A program made the position numbers and the translations under genes. From positions 5,829 through 69,828 of the forward strand of contig JAAYXB010000075.1 of assembly GCA_012516125.1 (NCBI GenBank): a DNA stretch of 64,000 nt. Reading direction: 5' to 3'. The notes beneath the pieces were generated by a model, which ran no database searches, had not been told where the DNA came from, and saw nothing but the letters and a program-made list of their open reading frames with translations. Positions 1 through 9,784 of the stretch are shown here, piece by piece (position 1 is the stretch's first letter; every line of letters begins with the position of its first letter). Origin of the DNA: Bacillota bacterium (GTDB taxonomy: Bacteria > Bacillota > SHA-98 > UBA4971).

Positions 1-430
1 CAGCCATGCCCAGTTGCACAAACCTGGCCTGGCGGTTCACGATCTGCGCCAGCACCGCTGAAATAAGCTCGGAGAAGCTCACCTCGAGCGGTAACTCGAG
101 AAGCGGCAACCCGTGCTCGTCCGCGGCCTCCACCATGTGACCAGGCACGGTGTCTATGTAGCGCTTGGGTTTGAACGCCACTGCCGCGAGGCCCTTGGCT
201 GCGAGCCTGGGAAGGAGCGCCTTCTGGGCTTCCACATCGTCCTTGATGGGGTAACCAGTAGTAAGGAGAAGGTCTCCTTCCCTGATCCATTCCAGGATGT
301 CCGGCACCTCCATAACATTGACGTTCGTTACGACGCGGCCGAGCCCCTGGCGCCCTCCTATCACCTTCGCGCCGGCAAACGCCGGGAGCGTGAGGACCTC
401 CTCCACGGTTATGCCAACCTCGTGCAACAT
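1..430 (-). CDS. PucR/CdaR-family transcriptional regulator, N-terminal part; C-terminus lies beyond the window start
   Basis: Minus-strand frame from ATG at 430 reads MLHEVGITVEEVLTLPAFAGAKVIGGRQGLGRVVTNVNVMEVPDILEWIREGDLLLTTGYPIKDD..., typical of the N-terminal domain of PucR-type regulators. GAGGTG RBS about 8 nt upstream. Absent from the ORF track because there is no stop codon inside the window. Confidence 0.55.
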   Translation of the reverse strand, partial: MLHEVGITVEEVLTLPAFAGAKVIGGRQGLGRVVTNVNVMEVPDILEWIREGDLLLTTGYPIKDDVEAQKALLPRLAAKGLAAVAFKPKRYIDTVPGHMVEAADEHGLPLLELPLEVSFSELISAVLAQIVNRQARFVQLGMA

Positions 431-793
431 GGCGCAAACACCTCGCAGAGCCCGTTTGTGTTTGGGCGGACGGAATCCTGCGACGTCGTTCCCTCTGTGC
501 CTGAGTCCTTGAAGAACTTCGACACAGAGCGCCACCGTTCCTCCGACCCCGTTTCACTGCCGGGCCACGCTCGACCGCAACGAGGTACGACCAAACCCGC
601 GAGGCTCGTCGAAAGTTGCCATAAAGCACGAGTCGAAACTTTATGAACGATATCCAAAGGACACACCGAGGACGCGAGTAATTAGTGTAATGAGAGTATC
701 GAAGTGTCGAATCAGGCCACCTCTGGTTGACATTGTCCGGGTCGAGTCGCGTTGCCGTAAGAGGCCAATGCCATGAAAAGGAGGATTCCAAGG

Positions 794-1468
794 ATGATCG
801 TTGACAAGCTGGAGCAGTCCCTTCGCCCACCCGAGACAAACATGCCTCCGTATCCGCCCAAGTACATAACGCTTGCGTCCGGCGAGAAGATGGTGGTCCA
901 CCAGGCCAGCCGAGAAGATGTCCCCCGACTTCTCGAGGCCGTAAGGCCCCTCGTGACGGTTGAGAAGGACTTCTACGACATCGTGGCCGCCCGCCTTTAC
1001 GCCGAACTCCTTGCGTATCAGCGGTATCGCGTCAAGGACGAGTACGTTCTGGTGGGCACCATCGACGGCGTCATCGTCGGCATCGTCAATGGTCGGATGG
1101 TCGACGACAGGGTCGGGATGTCCTATCACACCGTGGCTATCAAGCGGGGTCTTCGAATCGGGGCTCAGCTCTTCGCCGCCAAAATGGAATACCACATGGA
1201 CTACCTGGGCCAACAGGAGGTGCTCATCGTCGCGGAAAGCCCCATCGGGTATCGGCGATGGATGATCGAGTATGAGCTCGAGAGCAGGCCCAGCACCTGG
1301 CACGAGCTTGGCGGCGTTCCGACGCACGTTCTCACGAAGGCTCTCTGGGAAAAGCACAAGCCCATGAAGTGCACGGGCCGTCGCCCCGTGCCTCCCGAGA
1401 TGCTTGAGGTCGCAAAGAAGCTGATTCTGCCCTCCGAGTATCCTCAGATTCCAGGCTTCAAGCGCTAA
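794..1468 (+). CDS. Hypothetical protein with GNAT-like acyltransferase signature, first gene of the thiolase operon
   Basis: ORF 773..1468. AAAGGAGG RBS favours the second ATG at 794. Motif VAIKRGLRIGAQLF resembles GNAT motif A (R/Q-x-x-G-x-G/A). A 14-nt gap separates it from the next gene. Confidence 0.5.
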   Translation: MIVDKLEQSLRPPETNMPPYPPKYITLASGEKMVVHQASREDVPRLLEAVRPLVTVEKDFYDIVAARLYAELLAYQRYRVKDEYVLVGTIDGVIVGIVNGRMVDDRVGMSYHTVAIKRGLRIGAQLFAAKMEYHMDYLGQQEVLIVAESPIGYRRWMIEYELESRPSTWHELGGVPTHVLTKALWEKHKPMKCTGRRPVPPEMLEVAKKLILPSEYPQIPGFKR

Positions 1469-1481
1469 GAAAGGTGGGATC

Positions 1482-2675
1482 GTGGTGAGGAAGGTTGGAA
1501 TCGCCGGGGTAGGCCACACGAAGTTCGGGCGCTCCGAGGTCCCCCTCGTCGACATGCTTGCCCTTGCCGCCCTGGAGGCTCTCGACGACGCGGGGATCAG
1601 GACAGGAAAGGGACACGGCGTGGACCAGGTGTTCGTGGCGTCGATGGGCGCCGGGCTGCTTAACCGCCAGAGCAGCGTCGCGTCGGCCCTCGTGGACACC
1701 CTCAACCTGCAGCCTGCAATGGCCGAGACCGTCGAGAACGGCCCTGCCTCCGGCGCGTCCGCCGTGAAGCTGGGCTACATGGGCATCGCAAGCGGCATGT
1801 GTGACGTGGCTCTGGTGGTCGGCGGCGAGCTCATGCGAGTTGTGACCGGCTGGGAGGCCACCGACTTCGTCGCCACAATGCTTCACCCTGACGCTGAGTA
1901 CGCATATGGCCTGACGCTCCCCGCTTTCGCGGGCATGTTCACCAGGCTCTACATGGACAAGTATGGCGTGACGGAGAAGGACCTCGCCATGGTCGCGGTG
2001 AAAAACCACGAGCACGCCATGCACAACCCGGTGGCCCATATACAGCTCGTTCCAAGCTTCCATGCGATCATCGAAGACGAGGACGCCCCCGTCATCAACC
2101 CGTATGTCGCAGAGCCTCTCCGCGTGTACGACGTGTGCCCCGTCTCCGACGGCGCGGCCGCCGTAGTGCTGTGCGCCATGGACCTTGCAGACCGGTTCCC
2201 GAAGAAGCCCGTCAGGATCGCCGGGATCGGCCAGGCCACCGACACTCACGTGGTGGCGGAGCGCGAGGTTCCTACGGACCTGCTTGCGGTGCGCCTTGCT
2301 GCCCAACGCGCATACGCCATGGCTGGCCTCAAGCCCGAAGATATCGACGTAGCAGAGCTGCACGACGCTTTTACAATACTCGAAATAGCCATATCAGAAG
2401 AGGCCGGCCTCTTCCCGAGAGGCGAGGGTCATCTCGCGGTTCGGCGCGGCGAGACCCGTGTGGGCGGCAGGATCCCCATAAACACCTCGGGTGGGCTCAA
2501 GGCCAAAGGGCATCCGCTGGGAGCAACAGGTGTCTCGCAGATCGTAGAACTCGTCCGCCAGCTCCGCGGGGAAGCAGGCGGCCGGCAGGTCGAGGGTGCA
2601 AGGCACGGCCTCGCCGTCAACTTCGGCGGCTTCGGGAACAACGTGGTCGCCACGATTCTCTCGAAGGAGGAGTGA
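1482..2675 (+). CDS. Thiolase-like protein (SCP-x / DUF35-partner type acetyl-CoA C-acyltransferase-like)
   Basis: GTG start with AAGGTGGGA RBS. N-terminus MVRKVGIAGVGHTKFGR and overall thiolase fold signature. Immediately followed by a DUF35 gene, as in known thiolase/DUF35 pairs. Confidence 0.75.
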   Translation: MVRKVGIAGVGHTKFGRSEVPLVDMLALAALEALDDAGIRTGKGHGVDQVFVASMGAGLLNRQSSVASALVDTLNLQPAMAETVENGPASGASAVKLGYMGIASGMCDVALVVGGELMRVVTGWEATDFVATMLHPDAEYAYGLTLPAFAGMFTRLYMDKYGVTEKDLAMVAVKNHEHAMHNPVAHIQLVPSFHAIIEDEDAPVINPYVAEPLRVYDVCPVSDGAAAVVLCAMDLADRFPKKPVRIAGIGQATDTHVVAEREVPTDLLAVRLAAQRAYAMAGLKPEDIDVAELHDAFTILEIAISEEAGLFPRGEGHLAVRRGETRVGGRIPINTSGGLKAKGHPLGATGVSQIVELVRQLRGEAGGRQVEGARHGLAVNFGGFGNNVVATILSKEE

Positions 2676-2682
2676 CCAGGCC

Positions 2683-3030
2683 ATGGAGCCCAGGATGTAC
2701 GCATACAGGTGCACGGCGTGCGGGAAGCTGTTTCACCCCGCGCGGGCGGTCTGCCGGGAATGCGGTGGTCGCGAGTTCGAGGCCGTCCCCCTCGAGGGCG
2801 AGGGCACGCTCCTCACTTACACCAGAGTGTACGCCCTGCCCGAGGGCTACATGAAGCCGTGGCTTGGGTTCGGCATCGTAGAGTTCCCGAACGGCGTCCG
2901 CGTCTCCGGCCAGCTGAACGCGGAGGACCTCGCTGTTGGGATGAAGGTCAGGGCAACGGTGGGCGTAGTCAAAGAGGGCGTTGGCAGAGACTACTACGGT
3001 TTCATCTTCGAGAAGGCGGCCCAAGTGTAA
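2683..3030 (+). CDS. DUF35 family Zn-ribbon + OB-fold protein (thiolase partner)
   Basis: Internal ATG at 2683 preceded by GAAGGAGGAG. CxxC...CxxC zinc ribbon (YRCTACGKLFHPARAVCRECGG) followed by an OB-fold region. Confidence 0.75.
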   Translation: MEPRMYAYRCTACGKLFHPARAVCRECGGREFEAVPLEGEGTLLTYTRVYALPEGYMKPWLGFGIVEFPNGVRVSGQLNAEDLAVGMKVRATVGVVKEGVGRDYYGFIFEKAAQV

Positions 3031-3091
3031 AGAAGGTACCCGCCACCTCGGTGAGGGTTCATTGGTTTGCCCCAGTTCCACAGCGTCTGGT

Positions 3092-3133
3092 GGGTTGCCA
3101 GTGTTGGACTCTCTCTGAGTCACCGGCAACGCG
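3092..3133 (-). repeat. Hairpin repeat copy A (inverted orientation), upstream of atpE
   Basis: Minus-strand reading GTTGCCGGTGACTCAGAGAGAGTCCAACACTGGCAACCC, with a GACTC-AGAGA-GAGTC inner hairpin. Confidence 0.6.
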
Positions 3134-3199
3134 TCCCAAAGTTGGGAGGATTCTCGTACCATCACTCAGAGGGACGGTGCCTGGAGGAGAATGTCTTGA

Positions 3200-3766
<567 letters not shown>

Positions 3767-3795
3767 CTCTCTCCGGTCGACCTTGGGGGGTTCTC

Positions 3796-4311
3796 ATGCG
3801 GCTCGACTACACGTACATCTTCCAGATACTGAACTTTATCGTCCTGTTCCTCCTCCTTCGCCGTTACCTCTTCGGTCCTGTGAAGGCGTACCTGGAGCGG
3901 CGGGAGCAGTATATCCGCGAGCGGATTTCGGCAGCGGAGAACGACAGAGAGCACGCGGCAAGGCTCAAGGAAGAGCTCGAATCCGAGCTTTCTCGGGCCC
4001 GAGCGAAGGCGCGCGAAATCACGGAGGAAGCCAGGCGTGCGTCCGACCAGGTCCGGGCCGATGCCCGCAAGCTGGCCGCCGAGGAAGCCTCGCGCATCGT
4101 GGCCCGCGCCCGTGAAGAGCTTGCCCGCGAGAAGGAGCGGGCTTTCCAGGAAATCCGCAAGCAGGTGGTGGACCTCTCGGTCACCGTCGCATCGCAAGCG
4201 ATCCGGGACGCCCTCGACCCAGAGACGCTGCGTCAGGTCGCGTCCATGGCCGCGCGCGACATCGTCGAGGCGAAACTCGGAGGCAAGGTCTATGGAGGCA
4301 GGGTCTCATGA
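3796..4311 (+). CDS. atpF: F-type ATP synthase subunit b
   Basis: N-terminal TM helix then a long charged coiled coil (AEE/ARK/RE-rich). GGGGGG RBS upstream. Confidence 0.85.
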   Translation: MRLDYTYIFQILNFIVLFLLLRRYLFGPVKAYLERREQYIRERISAAENDREHAARLKEELESELSRARAKAREITEEARRASDQVRADARKLAAEEASRIVARAREELAREKERAFQEIRKQVVDLSVTVASQAIRDALDPETLRQVASMAARDIVEAKLGGKVYGGRVS

Positions 4312-4949
4312 CCGCTCTCGATCCTGGCACGCTCGCGAGGGCCCTGCTCTCTATAGCGAGGGAACGCCTTGATCCCCAGACTGTCGCAGACGAGCTGGCA
4401 CAGGTCACGAGAATCCTGGCGTCAGTGCCGCTTCTCAAGCGAACTCTAGCCGACGCCGGTATTCCTGCCGAGGAGAGGCGCTCCGTTGTGTCGGATGCTC
4501 TGGGCAATTTCCTCTCACCCGTCACCCTTGGCCTTCTTGACCTGCTCATAGACGAAAACCAGGTACACACCGTCGGTGCGGTGGCCGACGTGTACCGGAG
4601 GCTCCTCGACGAGGACAGGGGCGTGGTGCGCGCCCGCGTGACGAGCGCGGTCGAACTTTCGCAGGTCGACGTCGAAGCGCTTCGGGCGGGCCTCGCCGAG
4701 AAGCTCGGCGGCCACGTGGTCATCGAGCAGCAGGTGGATCCCGGGATCCTGGGTGGCCTCATAGTGCAGGTGGGAGATACCGTGTTCGACGGGAGCATCG
4801 CCGGCCGCCTCCGCAGGCTGCGTGAGGAGCTCGAGACCCCTCCCCCCGCAAATGGTGAACCATCGCCAGCACCCGGAACCGGGACAGCCCCCGCAACCGG
4901 AACGCCGCCGGCGCCGACGGGGCCATCTGCGGCACCACCGGGAGAGTGA
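4308..4949 (+). CDS. atpH: F-type ATP synthase subunit delta (OSCP)
   Basis: ATGA overlap with the atpF stop; delta/OSCP-like sequence. Short Pro/Ala-rich C-terminal tail. Confidence 0.8.
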   Translation: MTALDPGTLARALLSIARERLDPQTVADELAQVTRILASVPLLKRTLADAGIPAEERRSVVSDALGNFLSPVTLGLLDLLIDENQVHTVGAVADVYRRLLDEDRGVVRARVTSAVELSQVDVEALRAGLAEKLGGHVVIEQQVDPGILGGLIVQVGDTVFDGSIAGRLRRLREELETPPPANGEPSPAPGTGTAPATGTPPAPTGPSAAPPGE

Positions 4950-6541
4950 CGTGCTTGGAACTTTCGCCTGAGGCTGTGGCATCAGCGATACGGGCGCGCC
5001 TCGCCGAGATACGTCCCGGGGTCGACGTGTACACCCAGGGGACAGTGATCGAGGTAGGCGACGGGATCGCACGTCTTTCCGGGCTCCGCGGCGCCATGAT
5101 GGGCGAGCTCGTGGACTTTCCGAACGGGGTGTTGGGGATAACCCTCAACCTTGAGGAAGACACGGTCGGGGTTGCCCTCCTGGGTTCCGACGTGGACGTG
5201 AAAGAGGGCGACACGGTGCGCGGCACCGGCCGGGTCATCGACGTGCCCGTCGGGACCGCTGTGGTGGGCAGAGTGGTGAACGCCCTCGGAATGCCTATCG
5301 ACGGAAAGGGCCCGATTAACGCCCCGACTCGCCGACCCATAGAGCACCCGGCGCCCGGCATCGCCATGCGCACGCCCGTGTCAGAGCCTCTCCAGACAGG
5401 GATCCTGGCCATTGATTCCATGATCCCCATCGGGCGCGGTCAGAGGGAGCTCATCATAGGCGACAGGCAGACCGGGAAGACGGCCATCGCCGTCGACACC
5501 ATCCTGAACCAGCGGGGCAAGGACGTCATCTGCATATACGTGGCGATCGGGCAGAAACGCTCCACCATCGCAAAACTGGTCAAGCTCTTCGAGGAGGAGG
5601 GGGCGATGGACTACACGACCGTAGTGGCGGCGTCCGCGAGCGAGCTTGCGCCGCTGCAGTACATCGCACCGTACGCCGGCTGCGCCATGGCCGAAGAGTT
5701 CATGTACACCGGTCGCCACGCGCTCATTGTATACGACGACCTCTCTAAACACGCCATAGCGTACAGGGCCACGTCCCTTCTTCTCAGGCGACCGCCGGGG
5801 CGGGAAGCCTTCCCCGGTGACATCTTCTATCTCCATTCGCGACTTCTCGAGCGCTCAGCGAAGCTGGCGCCCGAGCTTGGCGGCGGCTCCATGACAGCCC
5901 TCCCAATAGTCGAGACGCTCGCGGGCGACGTTGCGGCCTACATACCGACCAACGTCATCTCCATAACCGACGGGCAGATATACCTCGAAAGCGAGCTTTT
6001 CTTCTCAGGGGTGAGGCCCGCCGTCAACGTGGGGCTCTCCGTGTCGCGCGTCGGAGGCGAAGCCCAGATACCCGCAATGAAGAAGGTCGCCGGAAGGTTG
6101 CGCCTCGACCTCGCTCAGTACCGGGAGCTTGCCGAGTTCGCACAGTTCGGCACGGAGCTTGACCCCGAGACCAGAGCCAGGCTGGAGAAGGGAAAGCGCA
6201 TCGTGGAGGTGCTGAAGCAGCCGCAGTACCAGCCATTGCCCGTGGAGGACCAGGTGATGCTCATATTCGCCGTGGTCCGCCGCCACCTCGATGCCGTCCC
6301 GGTGGAGGCCATCGCGTCTTTCAAAACCGAATTCATCGACCACATGCACCGGGCGCACCCGGACATAGCCCAGGCTATCGCCTCAGGGAAGGACCTCGAT
6401 GACGACCTCGAGGCGCGTCTTACGTCGGCAATAAAGGAGTTCAAGGAAGTATTCACGCCGAAAGGCGTGGAGGGGCCCGTCGAAACCTCCCCCAGGAAAG
6501 CTCAGGGCGGCATAGAAAGCCAGGTCATCGAGGGAGCGTGA
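4946..6541 (+). CDS. atpA: F-type ATP synthase subunit alpha
   Basis: GTGA overlap with the atpH stop; Walker A GDRQTGKT and alpha-subunit signature throughout. Confidence 0.95.
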   Translation: MTCLELSPEAVASAIRARLAEIRPGVDVYTQGTVIEVGDGIARLSGLRGAMMGELVDFPNGVLGITLNLEEDTVGVALLGSDVDVKEGDTVRGTGRVIDVPVGTAVVGRVVNALGMPIDGKGPINAPTRRPIEHPAPGIAMRTPVSEPLQTGILAIDSMIPIGRGQRELIIGDRQTGKTAIAVDTILNQRGKDVICIYVAIGQKRSTIAKLVKLFEEEGAMDYTTVVAASASELAPLQYIAPYAGCAMAEEFMYTGRHALIVYDDLSKHAIAYRATSLLLRRPPGREAFPGDIFYLHSRLLERSAKLAPELGGGSMTALPIVETLAGDVAAYIPTNVISITDGQIYLESELFFSGVRPAVNVGLSVSRVGGEAQIPAMKKVAGRLRLDLAQYRELAEFAQFGTELDPETRARLEKGKRIVEVLKQPQYQPLPVEDQVMLIFAVVRRHLDAVPVEAIASFKTEFIDHMHRAHPDIAQAIASGKDLDDDLEARLTSAIKEFKEVFTPKGVEGPVETSPRKAQGGIESQVIEGA

Positions 6542-6550
6542 CCAGGCCGC

Positions 6551-7510
6551 ATGGAGGAGCTTCGCGACCTTCGCCGCAGGATACGCAGTATCCGGGACAC
6601 ACAGCAGGTCACCCGCGCCATGTCCCTCGTGGCTTCCACGCGGCTGCGCCGGATCGAGAGGTTTGTGGAACCAGCTCGCACTTATGCCGAGACCCTCCGG
6701 CGCGTCGTGCTCGACATCGCCGCGAGAACCCCGCCATGGGCTCATCCGCTCCTCAAGCCGAGGGAAGCGGTGACCCGGGCATATCTCGTCATAACCTCCG
6801 ATAGGGGCCTTGCGGGCGGCTACAATGCGGAGATCCTGCGGCGAGCAACTGACCTCCTCGGAGCAGCGGACCTCATACCAGGCCACGTGGCGGTGGTGGT
6901 GGCCGGCAGGAAGGGCCGGGACTCCTTCCGGAGGCGGGGCCCGCGACCGGTCAGGGAGTACGTCCACCTCCCCGACACTCCTGACGAAGCGCTCGCCCAG
7001 CACGTTGCCGAAGGCCTGCTCGCGGATTATTCCGAAGGCCGGATAGACTCCGTGCACATGGTGTTCGCGAGGTTCGTGTCCCGGGGTTCGTACCAGCCCG
7101 ACGTGGTGCAGTTGCTGCCTGTGGAGGGGACGCAACACGCAGACTACCAGGACGAGACCCGGATCCCCGGCACCGACAACGGAGGCGATCGGAATGAGGT
7201 GATCGGCCGGGACAACGGCGGCCGTGACAGGGAAAGGCCGAATGGGCCGAACCTGCCTATCACGTATGAGCCTTCGCCCGAGTCCGTCTTCGACAGGCTC
7301 TTCCCCCACTATCTGGTGTCCGCGGTGTACGCGGCGCTCGTGGAGGCCAAGGCCAGCGAGCTTGCGGCGAGGACCATCGCTATGGATTCGGCCACCGACA
7401 ACGCGGGGGAGCTGATAGAGAGGCTCACGCTCACCTATAACCGGGCGAGGCAGGCCGAGATCACGCAGGAGATCTCGGAGATCGCCACCGGCGCAGAGAG
7501 CCTCCGCTGA
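6551..7510 (+). CDS. atpG: F-type ATP synthase subunit gamma, with a ~35-aa D/G/R/N-rich insertion
   Basis: MEELRDLRRRIRSIRDTQQVTRAMSLVASTRLRR...; C-terminal ARQAEITQEISEIATGAESL. Insertion GTDNGGDRNEVIGRDNGGRDRERPNGPN at about 7150-7260. Confidence 0.9.
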   Translation: MEELRDLRRRIRSIRDTQQVTRAMSLVASTRLRRIERFVEPARTYAETLRRVVLDIAARTPPWAHPLLKPREAVTRAYLVITSDRGLAGGYNAEILRRATDLLGAADLIPGHVAVVVAGRKGRDSFRRRGPRPVREYVHLPDTPDEALAQHVAEGLLADYSEGRIDSVHMVFARFVSRGSYQPDVVQLLPVEGTQHADYQDETRIPGTDNGGDRNEVIGRDNGGRDRERPNGPNLPITYEPSPESVFDRLFPHYLVSAVYAALVEAKASELAARTIAMDSATDNAGELIERLTLTYNRARQAEITQEISEIATGAESLR

Positions 7511-7654
7511 GCGCCGCGTTTGAGGCCGCACCGGTTTCCCCATGCAGTCCGTGCGCGTCGCATGCGTCTTGCGCGGCGCGGCGTCAAGGCTTGGCGCGAA
7601 TCTCTGGAGAGACGGGGGCAGTACCCCAAGCAAGGGTTCACTGGTCTCTCCTCG

Positions 7655-7757
7655 TTTTCGAGGGGGCGCAGGGTTGCCGACGACTCAAAGAGACTGTGCA
7701 ACCCCGGCAACCCGCCAGGTGTTGGCAAACTGTCATGAACTGACGAGCCCTAACGCA
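7655..7757 (+). repeat. Hairpin repeat copy B in the atpG-atpD spacer
   Basis: GAGGGGGCGCAGGGTTGCCGACGACTCAAAGAGACTGTGCAACCCCGGCAACCCGCC...CTAACGCA. Confidence 0.6.
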
Positions 7758-7793
7758 GCATGCAGTTGAGAACTCGCGAGACGGCGAGTGTAG

Positions 7794-9311
<1,518 letters not shown>

Positions 9312-9369
9312 AAGCACGGCAACGGGCGCGATTACAAACCCGGTCCTAAGCCAGCGATTACCTACGGCC

Positions 9370-9490
9370 ATATACGTAGGTGGTGCAGAAATGCTCCCAA
9401 CTGTTGGGAGGGGTTGCCGGTGACTCAAGGAGAAAGTGCAACACCGGCAACCCGGCAACTACTGACAATGGGGCAAGGACTAACGCACCC
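9370..9490 (+). repeat. Hairpin repeat copy C in the atpD-atpC spacer (most complete copy)
   Basis: ACGTAGGTGGTGCAGAAATGCTCCCAACTGTTGGGAGGGGTTGCCGGTGACTCAAGGAGAAAGTGCAACACCGGCAACCCGGCAACTACTGACAATGGGGCAAGGACTAACGCA. The 11-bp stem GGTTGCCGGTG/CACCGGCAACC is perfect. Confidence 0.65.
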
Positions 9491-9517
9491 TCACCTAGGT
9501 GCCCTCACGGAGGTGAG

Positions 9518-9784
9518 ATGGTGAGCCACTTCACCTTGCGCGTTCTCACGCGGCAGAAGACAGTCCTGGAAGCCCGGGCGACTTCGGTCTTCATCCCGGG
9601 CTTCGAAGGGGACTTCCAGGTCCTCGGCAATCATGCACCGGTCGTGTCGGCACTCCGCCCCGGGCGAATCGTTGCAACGTGCAACGGGGAGCAGAAAGAC
9701 GTCGAGGTAACCGGGGGCTTCGTCGTCGTCATGCCCGACCGCGTCGATGTGCTCGTAGACCTCGCCGACCTCACGCCTCGATGA
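9518..9784 (+). CDS. atpC: F-type ATP synthase subunit epsilon, beta-sandwich domain only (88 aa); no C-terminal helical hairpin
   Basis: GGAGGTGA RBS then ATG; MVSHFTLRVLTRQKTVLEARATSVFIPGFEGDFQVLGNHAPVVSALRPGRIVATCNGEQKDVEVTGGFVVVMPDRVDVLVDLADLTPR*. The stop lies inside the 3' end of the convergent GGDEF gene. Confidence 0.8.
   Translation: MVSHFTLRVLTRQKTVLEARATSVFIPGFEGDFQVLGNHAPVVSALRPGRIVATCNGEQKDVEVTGGFVVVMPDRVDVLVDLADLTPR

Noticed and set aside
113-646. 177-aa plus-strand ORF at the window start
   Set aside because: Antisense to the PucR-family gene (1-430, minus strand), Arg/His-rich and composition-driven, with no recognisable motifs.
641-1705. 354-aa minus-strand ORF spanning the GNAT-like and thiolase genes
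   Set aside because: Antisense to two well-supported plus-strand genes; typical high-GC antisense open frame.
9391-9423. Mini-ORFs MLPTVGRGCR* (9391-9423) and MLPTSERGCR* (24979-25011) with RBS-like GGTGGTG / GAGGGGG upstream and the stop codon inside the hairpin stem, considered as leader peptides or attenuators
   Set aside because: Copy B of the repeat lacks the ATG segment entirely. The two peptides differ by two non-synonymous and one synonymous change, so there is no sign of selection on coding. This is most simply explained as conservation of the repeat DNA itself.
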